The notes beneath the pieces were generated by a model. It had not been told where the DNA came from. It made no database searches and worked only from the letters and a program-made list of their open reading frames with translations. A DNA stretch of 64,000 nucleotides from Bacillota bacterium (GTDB taxonomy: Bacteria > Bacillota_I > Bacilli_A > RF39 > UBA660): assembly GCA_015059485.1 (NCBI GenBank), contig SVAH01000003.1, positions 57,627-121,626 on the forward strand, read 5' to 3'. Position numbers and translations under genes: made by a program. Shown here one piece after another: positions 19,856-30,488 of this stretch; positions within the stretch are counted from its first letter, which is position 1; each line of letters opens with the position of its first letter.

Positions 19856-21133
19856 TTATTTTGAAATTACAACATTTATTTTTGCACTAAATTCTTTTCC
19901 TTGATCAATATTTTGATCTTCTTCACTATATTTATATTTATAAATCATATAATATCTATTTATACTATTTGCTGGAATTAACATGTTTGTTATAATTTCC
20001 TTATCATTAGCAGGTAATATTCCTGTTTTTATTAGTTCATCATCTTTATACAAATAGAATTCTAAATCTTCTTTTCTTTCAAATCCGTTATCAACATTAC
20101 TCCATTTGAAATCAATATTTGTGTTATATGTGCTACTATTAGTAACAGTTATTTGTTGTTTATTTGATTCCCATCCTGGTACAATATCTGATATTAAAAT
20201 TGAACCATCTACACCTATTACAACATCTTCATTTATCTCTTCAGGAGTTTTATCAGAATTACTAGGAGTAGCATTAGGATATTCAACACTTATTTCAACC
20301 ACTTTTTGCTCAATCTCTTTATCTTCACTTACTTCTAAGTATAAATAATACGATTTAGAATTTCCATTATTATCTTTAACAATTATTTCTAATTTATTAC
20401 TTCCAATATGTAGTTCTTTTTTTACATCAAACCATATTCTATATATATCTCTTTGCTTGACTAATGGTCTTCCAATAGCATAACCATTTAATTTTACTTC
20501 TACTTTATTATTTTTATCAAATAATTCAAAATTAACTACTGTTATATCTTCACTGGTTTTTATTCCTGTAGCCAAATATAATATTCTATCTCTTCTAAAC
20601 GGAGAACTTAAATCATGTTTTAAAACACTTAAACTTATTAAATCTAAATTTGTCTCTTCTACAGTTTGTGGAACAATTACATGTATTATATATTCTTCAA
20701 CTTTTCCTGTTTTGTCATTAATTACAGTCACTTTTACTTTATTATCACCAAATTTCAAATCATCTTGGCCTTCTATTTTAACATTACATTTTTCACATGA
20801 TAATACATATTTAGTATTAACACTTTTTGTACCTTCTTTTACAAAAACTGTATACTCATATACATTTTTATCGAAAACATAAGCATCTTCGTATTTTTCT
20901 ACATATAAATTTTTTAATCCTTCGTCAACCTGCTGTTGTTTATTTCCTATATAAATTTGAAAATATGAGAAAGTTGTCCCAAACATAAACAAAAATAGAA
21001 ATAAAAAGCATATTAAAAGTATCAAGTATCTCTTTTTTTTCTTATCTTCTTCTATTTCTGTTTCAAGCATTGCATATTGTTCTTCTAAATCTTTTTTTAA
21101 TTCTTCATTATTTTCATTTATATCCATATGCAA
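19856..21133 (-). CDS. SipW-substrate-like envelope protein: acidic N-terminal extension, signal-anchor, cadherin-like beta-sandwich, TasA-like C-terminal domain
   Basis: The TM ends in FGTTFSYFQ, the same motif class as GATFAYFS in the neighbouring gene. The middle part YEYTVFV..VKIEG..LKFGDNKVKVTVINDKTGKVEEYIIHV looks cadherin-like. C-terminus VPGW..ITVTNSS...QNIDQGKEFSAKINVV parallels TasA. Confidence 0.6.
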   Translation of the reverse strand: MHMDINENNEELKKDLEEQYAMLETEIEEDKKKKRYLILLICFLFLFLFMFGTTFSYFQIYIGNKQQQVDEGLKNLYVEKYEDAYVFDKNVYEYTVFVKEGTKSVNTKYVLSCEKCNVKIEGQDDLKFGDNKVKVTVINDKTGKVEEYIIHVIVPQTVEETNLDLISLSVLKHDLSSPFRRDRILYLATGIKTSEDITVVNFELFDKNNKVEVKLNGYAIGRPLVKQRDIYRIWFDVKKELHIGSNKLEIIVKDNNGNSKSYYLYLEVSEDKEIEQKVVEISVEYPNATPSNSDKTPEEINEDVVIGVDGSILISDIVPGWESNKQQITVTNSSTYNTNIDFKWSNVDNGFERKEDLEFYLYKDDELIKTGILPANDKEIITNMLIPANSINRYYMIYKYKYSEEDQNIDQGKEFSAKINVVISK

Positions 21134-21230
21134 AAACTCCTTACTATTGCCAACATTATATCATAATAGTTTTTTCACAACAAGAAAAAGCAAGAAAAAA
21201 AAGCAAATTAATTGCTTTTCTTTACACTTT

Positions 21231-22022
21231 TTAGCTTCTTAATGAACCTGCGTCAATACCATTAGATGTAACTGTTACAGTTGTTCTGAATGTTTTTCCT
21301 TGATCTTCATTTTGATCAACTGGAACTCCACTTTCAACAGCATCAACATATGTTACTGTAATATCAAAGCTTTCTTTAGAGTGTGCTGGAATAAATACTC
21401 TAACAACTCTTTGAGCAGAACCTGTACCATAAGTAACTGTTCCATCTTGTGCTACTGAAGCAGTAGCATCAGTTGGAAGTGTTCCAGATGCTGCAAATGT
21501 TGCTTTAGTTGAATTTGCAACTGAATTTGCATTTGCTGCAGTCATATCAATCATTTGAACATTTCCTGCATGTGCATCTCCACCAGCTGTTGGAGCAACA
21601 TATGATGCTGCAATTGAATAAGTTAAATCTTGAGTTCTTGAAAAATTATTAACAACTTTTGTCCAGTTGATATCAAAAGTCATATCATAATCACTTGTAT
21701 TTTCAACAGTAAATAGTTTATGTCCAATTGATCCTGGTTCCCAACTACTTCCACTTACACAATTGTAGCTTCTATGAGCTGGATCTCCACTTTGTGGAAT
21801 TGTTGTGTTAGTGTCATCTGTAGCTGTTCCATTTGAACAATCAGTTGTAATTTCTTGAGTTCCCTCAAAAGTTATTCCTAATTCAGCAGTTCTTAATTTA
21901 GTTTCAGTTTTATTATTTTCAACAACTCTTGCACTAAAATATGCAAATGTTGCTCCAACAACTGCAACTAATAATGTTGCTACCGCAATAACAGTTAGTA
22001 ATACTTGATTTTTCTTGTCCAT
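21231..22022 (-). CDS. TasA/camelysin-family secreted fibre protein (SipW-dependent signal peptide)
   Basis: Signal LLTVIAVATLLVAVVGATFAYFSA. Then RTAELGITF, WEPGS..FTVENTSD and the C-terminal QNEDQGKTFRTTVTVTS parallel B. subtilis TasA (ASGTLDLS, LKPGD, QNKYQGNSIKLQFSFEATQ). GGAGG RBS 7 nt before the ATG at 22022. Confidence 0.75.
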   Translation of the reverse strand: MDKKNQVLLTVIAVATLLVAVVGATFAYFSARVVENNKTETKLRTAELGITFEGTQEITTDCSNGTATDDTNTTIPQSGDPAHRSYNCVSGSSWEPGSIGHKLFTVENTSDYDMTFDINWTKVVNNFSRTQDLTYSIAASYVAPTAGGDAHAGNVQMIDMTAANANSVANSTKATFAASGTLPTDATASVAQDGTVTYGTGSAQRVVRVFIPAHSKESFDITVTYVDAVESGVPVDQNEDQGKTFRTTVTVTSNGIDAGSLRS

Positions 22023-22175
22023 TTTATATCCTCCTCTATGATAAAATATTATCAAATTACTAACATTAAATCAAGTATTTTTTATCATTTAATCATAAGT
22101 TTTTTACACTATAATTTTTGGCATTTAATTGATTGACAAACATATATTATTATTGTAAAATAACTATATGTGTAT

Positions 22176-22249
22176 GGGGCTTTAGCCAAGTGGTAAGGCA
22201 AGGGACTGCAACTCCCTGAGCACCAGTTCGAATCTGGTAGGCCCCTCCA
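22176..22249 (+). tRNA. tRNA-Cys (anticodon GCA), CCA encoded
   Basis: Cloverleaf by hand: acceptor GGGGCTT/AGGCCCC, anticodon arm AGGGA-CTGCAAC-TCCCT, T-arm CACCAGTTCGAATCTGGT, 3-prime TCCA. Confidence 0.9.
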
Positions 22250-22261
22250 AATAAAAAAATC

Positions 22262-22289
22262 AAGTACATCATTAATGATGTACTTTTTT
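22262..22289. terminator. bidirectional intrinsic terminator
   Basis: Perfect 24-nt palindrome AAGTACATCATTAATGATGTACTT, flanked by an A-run and a T-run. Lies between the tRNA-Cys 3-prime end and the stop of the convergent 532-aa gene. Confidence 0.7.
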
Positions 22290-23887
22290 CATTTTAAATT
22301 AACTATATATTTTTGATTTCTTATTGTTAATAATAAATTTAATTTATTTGAATTAATTATATTTTCTGGGACAACTAAAACTATTTTGTTTTTTAAATTT
22401 GATGGAGTAACATTTTTAGTTGTTGATTCTATTCCATCATACTCAATTGTGAAAAAATTTTCATAAAATTCATTCATGTTTTGAATCGCATTATAATAAA
22501 CGCTTTCTTTATCTATTTTTGTATCAACATCAAGTACTAATAAAGTTGTTTTAACTTTACTATTTCCATAACCAATTGATACAACATCATTTAATTCTCT
22601 ACAATTATTTTTTGTACTACATAATTCATATGTATAATAATAGTTATCTGTTATTTCATAACTATTTATTACCACCTGACTATCATTAAGCAACGAATCA
22701 TCTAAACTGATTTTTTCTTTTAGCTTGTATTTTCCTCTGTTATTAATATCTAATATTTTTTTGGGCCTAATATTCAATATTTTATAATGTGCTGTTAAAT
22801 CTCCAATTTTATATTCTATATTTTCTAGAATTTTTATTTTATAATTTTTCTTAATTTGCTTTTTATTTAATTCATAAACTAAATTATAAATACCACTCGT
22901 TCCTTGTGAAATTTTTCCACCATTATAGCTTTTTCCAAAATCAACAAAATATTCTGATCTATCTAACGTTGGTACTAAATAGCCATCATCAATTTGTAAT
23001 CTAAAATTGTCAGTATCAAGTTCTACATTTGTTATAGAGTTATTATCAATTCTTACTTGCAGTACTAAATAATATTTGTCCTTAGTTATAGTTTTTCCAT
23101 TATAATCCATATTAGTAATCATTGTATCTAATACATTCATAGTAAAGGCATTATGAGAAAATTTATGATTTTTTGTATATGATTTATTATATACATTAAA
23201 GTGCATATATAATGTAGTTGTTAATACAAGTATAAAAACTGCTGACAATACAGAAAATACAAATTTGTTTTCTAAAATATAATATTTAAATTCCCTAATA
23301 AACCTTCTAATTGTTCTTTTATATTTGTATGTCTCAACTCCCAAAACAAATTCAAATTCTTCATTATCTTCATCGGATATATCTAAATCTTTTAAATCAA
23401 GCTCAAATCTAAATGATTTAATATCAAACCCGAATCCTCTGAAAGCGGAATAGAATATAAAGAAATATTGAGGAAATGTTAATAGTAGTGTTATATCCCT
23501 ATAAGCACGAGATGTACTCGCAGCTAAATCATTTCTTTCCATATCACTTAGTACATTATGAAAAAACGTAAATATAACAAATAATATAAGATAGTAAACT
23601 ATATAAGCTACATATAATTTTGTTGGTTTTTCTTTTTGTTTCATCAAGTAATAAACAGTTAATGAAATACCTACAATGATTAGTATTGATAAATACATAA
23701 ATAGATTAATATAGCTCCCAGCTAAATTACTTATAGTTTCATATGAATAGCTATTAGAAATATAACTATTAAAAAATGAAAATAAATTATTCGATTTTAT
23801 TAATAAGTATAATACTGGTAAGCATAATAATATATGAATAATTTTAAAATGCTTTATTAAAAATTTATAAGGTTTTCTAAGTATCAT
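22289..23887 (-). CDS. polytopic membrane protein with extracytoplasmic DUF4352-like beta-sandwich domains
   Basis: About 5 N-terminal TMs, an acidic linker, a further TM, then FTMNVLDTMITN..YYLVLQVRIDNNS..NFRLQIDDGYLVP resembling DUF4352. Confidence 0.5.
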   Translation of the reverse strand: MILRKPYKFLIKHFKIIHILLCLPVLYLLIKSNNLFSFFNSYISNSYSYETISNLAGSYINLFMYLSILIIVGISLTVYYLMKQKEKPTKLYVAYIVYYLILFVIFTFFHNVLSDMERNDLAASTSRAYRDITLLLTFPQYFFIFYSAFRGFGFDIKSFRFELDLKDLDISDEDNEEFEFVLGVETYKYKRTIRRFIREFKYYILENKFVFSVLSAVFILVLTTTLYMHFNVYNKSYTKNHKFSHNAFTMNVLDTMITNMDYNGKTITKDKYYLVLQVRIDNNSITNVELDTDNFRLQIDDGYLVPTLDRSEYFVDFGKSYNGGKISQGTSGIYNLVYELNKKQIKKNYKIKILENIEYKIGDLTAHYKILNIRPKKILDINNRGKYKLKEKISLDDSLLNDSQVVINSYEITDNYYYTYELCSTKNNCRELNDVVSIGYGNSKVKTTLLVLDVDTKIDKESVYYNAIQNMNEFYENFFTIEYDGIESTTKNVTPSNLKNKIVLVVPENIINSNKLNLLLTIRNQKYIVNLK

Positions 23888-23960
23888 ATCTTATCCCCTC
23901 TTCTATTAGATATATTTTATCATAATAAGAAAAAAATAAAAACTCAAAATTAATTTGAGT

Positions 23961-24413
23961 TTATCTATTTTTGTTTACTAATAATTGTCCTGGCAATAAA
24001 TATATAGTTTGGTTATATTTTTCAAAATTATCTTTCGTTGTATTGAAAGTTTTCATAACACTTTCTATGGTATCCCCTTCTTTAGTTATGTAATAACTAT
24101 ATCCGCTTTTTGGAATTAAAATATCTTGTCCAGGATAAATATAATCATCATCATCAAGACCATTTAAGCTTTCTAATAATTGCGGATTTATATTATATTT
24201 TTTACTTATTTGATACATCGAGTCTCCTTTTTCAATTGTATATACTTCATAATAGGAATTTTTATTTTTAGGAACTACTAGATCCATTCCTTCCTTCAAT
24301 TGATCACTGAAATAAATATTATTAATGTCTTTTAAATAATTTTCATCTGTTTCAAATCTATTAGCAACATCTTTTAATGATTCTCCATATTTCAATTTAT
24401 ATTTTTCAAACAT
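23961..24413 (-). CDS. LysM repeat protein (three LysM domains)
   Basis: Three repeats of the Y.V/I..GDS/T....A/S..Y/F...... L...N pattern (YKLKYGESLKDVANRF, YTIEKGDSMYQISKKYN, YITKEGDTIESVMKTFN). Confidence 0.8.
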   Translation of the reverse strand: MFEKYKLKYGESLKDVANRFETDENYLKDINNIYFSDQLKEGMDLVVPKNKNSYYEVYTIEKGDSMYQISKKYNINPQLLESLNGLDDDDYIYPGQDILIPKSGYSYYITKEGDTIESVMKTFNTTKDNFEKYNQTIYLLPGQLLVNKNR

Positions 24414-24461
24414 TTCATCACTTCCTAAAATATAGTATGAAACTAATTAAATTTAGTGATG

Positions 24462-25568
24462 CTAATCATAAATATAAATCATATTTTCATAGTTAAAGTT
24501 TAACTCAAAATACTCAAGAATTTTGTTTTCACCATGTAAGAAATCATACTTATAAAGTTTATCATCTACTATATAGTAAACTCTATTATTATCTGAGTAA
24601 ACAATATTTTTAATGTTTTTATCACTTATTTTAGTCTGAACATCAGTATTATTAACTTTCTTTAATAACCCATCTTTTATTTTATAATTCACAACATTAT
24701 CATTATCAAATGTTATATTATTTGTTATTATTTTATTAAGTTTAATATTTTCCCATTTTCCATTTTTTATAACTTTTCCAAGTTTATTTTTATTTATCTT
24801 ATCAAAATTTTTATTTTTTATATTTATTTCATATTCTTTTTTATTTTTATTATCTATAATGTAAATATTATTTTTATTTTTTCCAATAATTCTTGAATCA
24901 AATGATATATCTTCATCTAACTCTATTTGATCTATTTTGTTATTTTTTAAATTAACTCTAATTAATTTATTATAATTATATTTTTCATTATAATCTGCAA
25001 TTACAAGATATTTTCCAACAATAGTTACAATATCAATATTATATACATCGTCTTTAAATAATGTTATAGTTTCTAATTTTTTATTGCTTAGCTTATAAAA
25101 TCCTGTATAATTCCAAATTAAATATGTACTGGAATCTATTAAATTTATATTTATATTTTCATATTTTTTCTTATTATTTTTGTATTTATTCTTATATTTT
25201 TTAGGAATTATATTCAATAAATTGTAATCAATGTATTGACCATTTTTTTTACATATAATATTTTCATCTATTTTTTCTGATTTAAGAATTATGCACATCT
25301 CTTCATTTTTTTTATATTCTTTTATACTTTTTATTAATTTTCTTTTTTTAGAATATTTTTGCACACTAAAAGTTTCAAATATTTGATTATTTTTCTTTAT
25401 TTTAAATGTATACATTTTATCCTTTTTTAAATAAGATTCTACAATATCATATTTATCAATTTTATAACTAATCTTGTAGTCCTTGGGAATTAATTTATAA
25501 ATAGTAAAAATTAAAACTACTACTAAAAATAATACTAATTTTTTTATTTTTTTCTTACTCAACATCAT
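24462..25568 (-). CDS. hypothetical Asn/Lys-rich membrane-anchored protein
   Basis: The start is placed at the ATGATG overlapping the upstream stop, followed by a TM (LVLFLVVVLIFTIYKLI). Repetitive beta-strand-like Y.I.D...Y segments. No family recognised. Confidence 0.45.
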   Translation of the reverse strand: MMLSKKKIKKLVLFLVVVLIFTIYKLIPKDYKISYKIDKYDIVESYLKKDKMYTFKIKKNNQIFETFSVQKYSKKRKLIKSIKEYKKNEEMCIILKSEKIDENIICKKNGQYIDYNLLNIIPKKYKNKYKNNKKKYENININLIDSSTYLIWNYTGFYKLSNKKLETITLFKDDVYNIDIVTIVGKYLVIADYNEKYNYNKLIRVNLKNNKIDQIELDEDISFDSRIIGKNKNNIYIIDNKNKKEYEINIKNKNFDKINKNKLGKVIKNGKWENIKLNKIITNNITFDNDNVVNYKIKDGLLKKVNNTDVQTKISDKNIKNIVYSDNNRVYYIVDDKLYKYDFLHGENKILEYFELNFNYENMIYIYD

Positions 25569-26070
25569 CGTACTTTTTGTACGGCATTTCTTTAACATAT
25601 TCATCATAGCTTTTTTTATTTTTTTTACAATGTTCTTCATGACTACCATATTTCTTTTTTTCTTCCATCATAAATTCGGTAATTGCTGTTTCTATTTCTG
25701 GTAAACTTCTTTTTGATAAATTAGTTAGTACTACTTCTTCTTTTACTGTATCAATAGTAATTGTTCCCCAAATTATTCCTTGATAAACTTCTAAATCATT
25801 GAACATATCTGGTGTAATAGTTGTAAACATATATCCCCATAGCATTCTTTTTCTACCAATTAGTATTCTTTTATTTGACAAGACTACAACACTTGTACTC
25901 CACAAATCGTAAAAGCAAGCGTTTTTTTGTCCTGCAAACGCATATAATATTTTTTCTCCAGGGTTCATATGCTTTTCAACTACTTCACTATGCTTTTTTA
26001 ATCTCCACCATGTAACCGTACCTGGATACTTTTTTTTAAATTCTTTTACTTTTTCATAAACTTCTCCCAT
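25555..26070 (-). CDS. bacterial PH-domain (bPH/YdbT-like) protein
   Basis: The pattern GEKILYAFAGQ...VVVLSNKRILIGRK...ITIDT is typical of bacterial PH-like domains. Moderate certainty. Confidence 0.5.
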   Translation of the reverse strand: MGEVYEKVKEFKKKYPGTVTWWRLKKHSEVVEKHMNPGEKILYAFAGQKNACFYDLWSTSVVVLSNKRILIGRKRMLWGYMFTTITPDMFNDLEVYQGIIWGTITIDTVKEEVVLTNLSKRSLPEIETAITEFMMEEKKKYGSHEEHCKKNKKSYDEYVKEMPYKKYDDVE

Positions 26071-26142
26071 TTATATCACCTATATATATTTTACTAAAAT
26101 TTTTTTAAAAATACAATTACATTAATTTAAAGAAAAAGATAA

Positions 26143-28524
26143 TCAATCTAATAATTGATTATCTAATGTCCAATTCTTTACTTCTGGTATGTCTATACCA
26201 TTTTCAAATATGTATTGTTTATGTTTGATTAATTTAGAATTACAATAATTTTCAAGTGCAATTGTATCATCATTTCTATATCCTAAGTGTTTTAACGCAA
26301 GTAATACTAAATGATATCTATCTATTTCATTTTGAACTCTCATATCAAATGGTGTTGTTATTGTACCTTGTTCATTATATCCTCTTACATGTAAATTTTG
26401 ATTTGTTCTACTATAAGTAAGTTGATGTACTAATGATGGATATCCATGGAACGCAAATATTATAGGTTTATCTACTGTAAATAGCATATCATATTCTTTT
26501 TGTGATAAACCATGTGGATGTTTTTCTTTATCTTCTAATCTCATTAGATCAACAACATTAACTAATCTCACCTTTACATTTGGTAAGAATTTTCTTAAGA
26601 TTCCTGATGCCGCTACTGCTTCAAGTGTTGGGGTATCACCACAGCATCCAAGTACTATATCTGGAGTCTGACCGTTATCATTTGACGCAAATCCCCATAT
26701 TCCAATACCATTTGTGCAATGCTTTATTGCTTGTTCCATATTCAACCATTGAATTGATGGATGTTTTGAAGCCACTATAACATTTATATAATTTTTACTT
26801 TTTATGATATGGTCAAAACATGATATTAAACAGTTTGCATCTGGAGGTAAATACATTCTTGATATACTTGCTTTCTTAGTTGCAATATGATTCAAAAATC
26901 CAGGATCTTGATGAGTAAATCCATTATGATCTTGTTGCCATACATGACTTGTTAAAACATAATTTAATGACGCAATATCTTTTCTCCAATGAAGTTCATG
27001 GCACACTTTTAACCATTTCGCATGTTGACTAGTCATTGAATCAATAATTCTAATAAATGCCTCATAACTTGTAAAAAAGCCATGTCTTCCTGTTAAAATA
27101 TAGCCTTCTAACCAACCTTCACATAAGTTTTCAGATAACATAGAATCGATAACTCTACCTGCATTTGCTATGTATTCATCATTTTCCAATATTTTACTAT
27201 TCCATTGTCTTCTTGTTACTTGAAATATTGGATTTAATCTATTAGATAATACTTCATCTGGAGCAAATACTCTAAAATTACTTGGATTATTTTTTATTAC
27301 ATCTCTTATATAGGTTCCAAGTTGCATCATGTCACTAGTAGTATCTATTCCAGGCCTTATCACTTTAAAATCATATTTTCTAAAATCCGGTAATTTTAGT
27401 TCTTTTAACATCAAACCTCCATTTGCATTTGGGTTTAATGACATTCTCCTATCACCTTTTGGAGCTATTTCTCTAAATTCTTTTTTAAATGTTCCATTTT
27501 CATCAAATAGTTCCTCTGGATGATAGCTTTTTAGCCAACTTTCCAATATATCTAAATTCTTTCCTGTTTCTTTATCTACTTGCATTGGAACTTGATGTGA
27601 TCTAAATGTTCCTTCAATTTCTTTGCTTTCAACTTGTTTTGGACCTGTCCATCCTTTTTTAGTTCTTAAAATTATCATTGGATATTTAGGCCTTTCAGTT
27701 TTTCCATTTTCACGAGCATCTGTCTGAATTATTTGTATTCTTTTTACTATTTCATCTAAAGTTTCTGACATGATTTTATGCATAGTCATTGGATCATCAC
27801 CAGCTACATAATAAGGATCCCAACCACATCCTTCAAAAAAACTAGTTAATTCATCTTCACTCATTCTCCCAAATATTGTTGGGTTAGCTATTTTATATCC
27901 ATTTAAATGTAATATAGGTAAAACTATTCCATCTTTCTTTGGATTTAAAAATTTATTTGAATGCCATGATGTTGCTAGAGTTCCTGTTTCTGCTTCTCCA
28001 TCTCCAACTACACAAGAAACTATTAAATTAGGATTATCTAAAACTGCTCCAAATGAATGAGCAAGACTATATCCCAATTCCCCACCTTCATTTATTGAAC
28101 CTGGTGTCTCTGGTGCTACATGGGAAGATATTCCACCAGGAAAACTAAATTGTTTACAAAGTTTTTCTAAACCTTTTTCATCTTGAGTAATATTAGGATA
28201 TACTTCACTATAACTTCCATCTAAATAACTTTGAGCAACCATTGCTTGTCCGCCATGACCTGGTCCAGATACATAAATCATATTTAAACCATACTTATTA
28301 ATAATTCTATTTAGATGAACATATATAAAATTTTGACCTGGGGCTGTTCCCCAATGTCCTACTAATTTTGATTTAATATGTTCTGTAGTGAGAGGTTCTC
28401 TTAAAAGCGGATTTTTATATAAATATAATTGTGCTACTGATAAATAATTTGCTGCTCTAAAATATGCATCAATTTTTGATAATTCATCATTTGTTAAGCT
28501 ATTTTTTACTTCAACTTTCTTCAT
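26143..28524 (-). CDS. xfp: xylulose-5-phosphate/fructose-6-phosphate phosphoketolase
   Basis: [33 protein letters not shown] and GDGEAETG are phosphoketolase/ThDP signatures. About 790 aa. GAGGG RBS before the ATG at 28524. Confidence 0.95.
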   Translation of the reverse strand: MKKVEVKNSLTNDELSKIDAYFRAANYLSVAQLYLYKNPLLREPLTTEHIKSKLVGHWGTAPGQNFIYVHLNRIINKYGLNMIYVSGPGHGGQAMVAQSYLDGSYSEVYPNITQDEKGLEKLCKQFSFPGGISSHVAPETPGSINEGGELGYSLAHSFGAVLDNPNLIVSCVVGDGEAETGTLATSWHSNKFLNPKKDGIVLPILHLNGYKIANPTIFGRMSEDELTSFFEGCGWDPYYVAGDDPMTMHKIMSETLDEIVKRIQIIQTDARENGKTERPKYPMIILRTKKGWTGPKQVESKEIEGTFRSHQVPMQVDKETGKNLDILESWLKSYHPEELFDENGTFKKEFREIAPKGDRRMSLNPNANGGLMLKELKLPDFRKYDFKVIRPGIDTTSDMMQLGTYIRDVIKNNPSNFRVFAPDEVLSNRLNPIFQVTRRQWNSKILENDEYIANAGRVIDSMLSENLCEGWLEGYILTGRHGFFTSYEAFIRIIDSMTSQHAKWLKVCHELHWRKDIASLNYVLTSHVWQQDHNGFTHQDPGFLNHIATKKASISRMYLPPDANCLISCFDHIIKSKNYINVIVASKHPSIQWLNMEQAIKHCTNGIGIWGFASNDNGQTPDIVLGCCGDTPTLEAVAASGILRKFLPNVKVRLVNVVDLMRLEDKEKHPHGLSQKEYDMLFTVDKPIIFAFHGYPSLVHQLTYSRTNQNLHVRGYNEQGTITTPFDMRVQNEIDRYHLVLLALKHLGYRNDDTIALENYCNSKLIKHKQYIFENGIDIPEVKNWTLDNQLLD

Positions 28525-28618
28525 AAATAACACCCTCTATTCTATATTAGTATATCAAAAAATTAAAAATAAAAAAACATCTTTAAATGTTTTTTTACTT
28601 TTTATGTAAACTTATATA

Positions 28619-30424
28619 TCATTTAATTCTTTTACTAAATAATATCAAAATCATAGGCATAATAAATATATATGGCATAGTATATCTAAAATATGTATTA
28701 ACAGGGGATGCTACACAAATTAACAATGATACAAAAAGTGGACTTAAAACTATTAAATATTCTCTTTTCTTTTTTAGAATAAGATACATTGATATTCCAA
28801 TGAGAATCCAAGTATTAAAGCCAATATTAGATATTAAACCTATAAATGGAAGATATGGAAAACCTTGACCATAGCTTGATAATACTAACCTTAAACTATC
28901 TAATTTATTATAATGGTAATTTACTAAATTATCTTCTGTAATTCTTGTATCATACTTATGATATACATACCAATTTGTATCTTGGGGACTAAAATATCCA
29001 TAGGTATTATGTAACGTAGCTTCTATATAAACAAGAGGATGTCTAAAAAAGCATTTAAACCATACTTTAAAATAATTTTTCAAATCTTCACTCGTTGCAT
29101 ATCTATTATATTTATTTTTTACAGGATCTGATATCTTTGGATTATATCTTTTTGCAAGTGTTTTATATTTTAATACTTTATCAATCTTATTAATCTCATC
29201 TTTTGATAAATCTTTTTCATAGTATTTTACATATCTTGCAGTCTGTTGAAAAGGAATTGATAAAGTTTCTCTAATACTTCCTGGTGTTATTTTATAGTAT
29301 GGAAGTATTACTTTATCAAATGTTGTATAAAATGATACTACCACTAAGAAAACTAGTAATAATTTTTTTAAGTTTGTTTTACTGAAAATTATTGCAAATG
29401 GTAACGATAAGGAAACAACATATATTCCATTATTTCTAAATAGTGTCAATCCTATTAAATCAATAATTAATAAAATTACAGTTTTTATTTTTAAATCTTT
29501 ATTTTTATTTCTTATTAATTTATCCAAAAATATTACATACCAGATTATAAAACATGTATAATATGTATCTTTAACTGCGCTCATTGAATACATTGCATAC
29601 ATTGGAACAAGACAATATATACATAATAATAAGAATAGTATTTTTTTATTTATTTTATTTTCTTTTAAATACTTAATAGTATATGCTAAAGTACTTATTA
29701 AAAATATACTTTGAATAAAACTATATATAAATAATCCAAAATTATCACTTATTAAATACTTCCCTAATTTTAATGAATAACCTAATAAGAGTGTGTGAAT
29801 AACTGGATGATGATTTGTTAAAAATATAGTTTTATCAAGTAATATTGCATAATCAGCATATTTAGTTCTAACATTAAAAAATTGTTTTATTTGAAAGCTT
29901 GGATCTGGAGATAGTATAATTGGATAAAAAGCTATCATATATATACTAAAAAATAAAAAAATTACTATAAAACTTGTCATAAACGGATAATCTTCAAGTA
30001 AAGTTAAAAATTTATTATTACTATTTTTTATTTTATAATTTTTTATTACATTTTCTATTAATATAAGAGTTCTTTTTAATACAATATAATTTAATATTAA
30101 AAATAAAATTGTATACAATATATTTTTAATATTGCTATATATATAAGATAAATCTCCAGTTTTAGTAAAGGCATTAGATATAAGTAAAAATAAATCTAAA
30201 ATTATTAAATAAAACTTTTTAACTTTACAAATTTTTTTATTATCAATTTTAAAAAATAATAATGTTGTATATATTACAAAACTTATTTTACTAACTATAT
30301 CAACATAAAATTGTAAATTATGTTCAATATTAAACTCTGTTTCTGGTAAGACTAATAATTTGTGATTTATTATTAGTACAACTCCAATTAATAAACCTAT
30401 AATTATTTTTTTTATTTTATTCAT
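28619..30424 (-). CDS. large polytopic membrane protein, GT-C-like (DUF6020-like) putative glycosyltransferase
   Basis: About 12-14 TMs over 601 aa with a soluble loop near the C-terminus. The architecture is typical of GT-C enzymes. Family assignment is from memory only. Confidence 0.45.
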   Translation of the reverse strand: MNKIKKIIIGLLIGVVLIINHKLLVLPETEFNIEHNLQFYVDIVSKISFVIYTTLLFFKIDNKKICKVKKFYLIILDLFLLISNAFTKTGDLSYIYSNIKNILYTILFLILNYIVLKRTLILIENVIKNYKIKNSNNKFLTLLEDYPFMTSFIVIFLFFSIYMIAFYPIILSPDPSFQIKQFFNVRTKYADYAILLDKTIFLTNHHPVIHTLLLGYSLKLGKYLISDNFGLFIYSFIQSIFLISTLAYTIKYLKENKINKKILFLLLCIYCLVPMYAMYSMSAVKDTYYTCFIIWYVIFLDKLIRNKNKDLKIKTVILLIIDLIGLTLFRNNGIYVVSLSLPFAIIFSKTNLKKLLLVFLVVVSFYTTFDKVILPYYKITPGSIRETLSIPFQQTARYVKYYEKDLSKDEINKIDKVLKYKTLAKRYNPKISDPVKNKYNRYATSEDLKNYFKVWFKCFFRHPLVYIEATLHNTYGYFSPQDTNWYVYHKYDTRITEDNLVNYHYNKLDSLRLVLSSYGQGFPYLPFIGLISNIGFNTWILIGISMYLILKKKREYLIVLSPLFVSLLICVASPVNTYFRYTMPYIFIMPMILILFSKRIK

Positions 30425-30488
30425 CTACATCACTCTTTTTCTTAATACTTATAAATATAATTATATCATTTTTTTATAAAAAAAGAGA

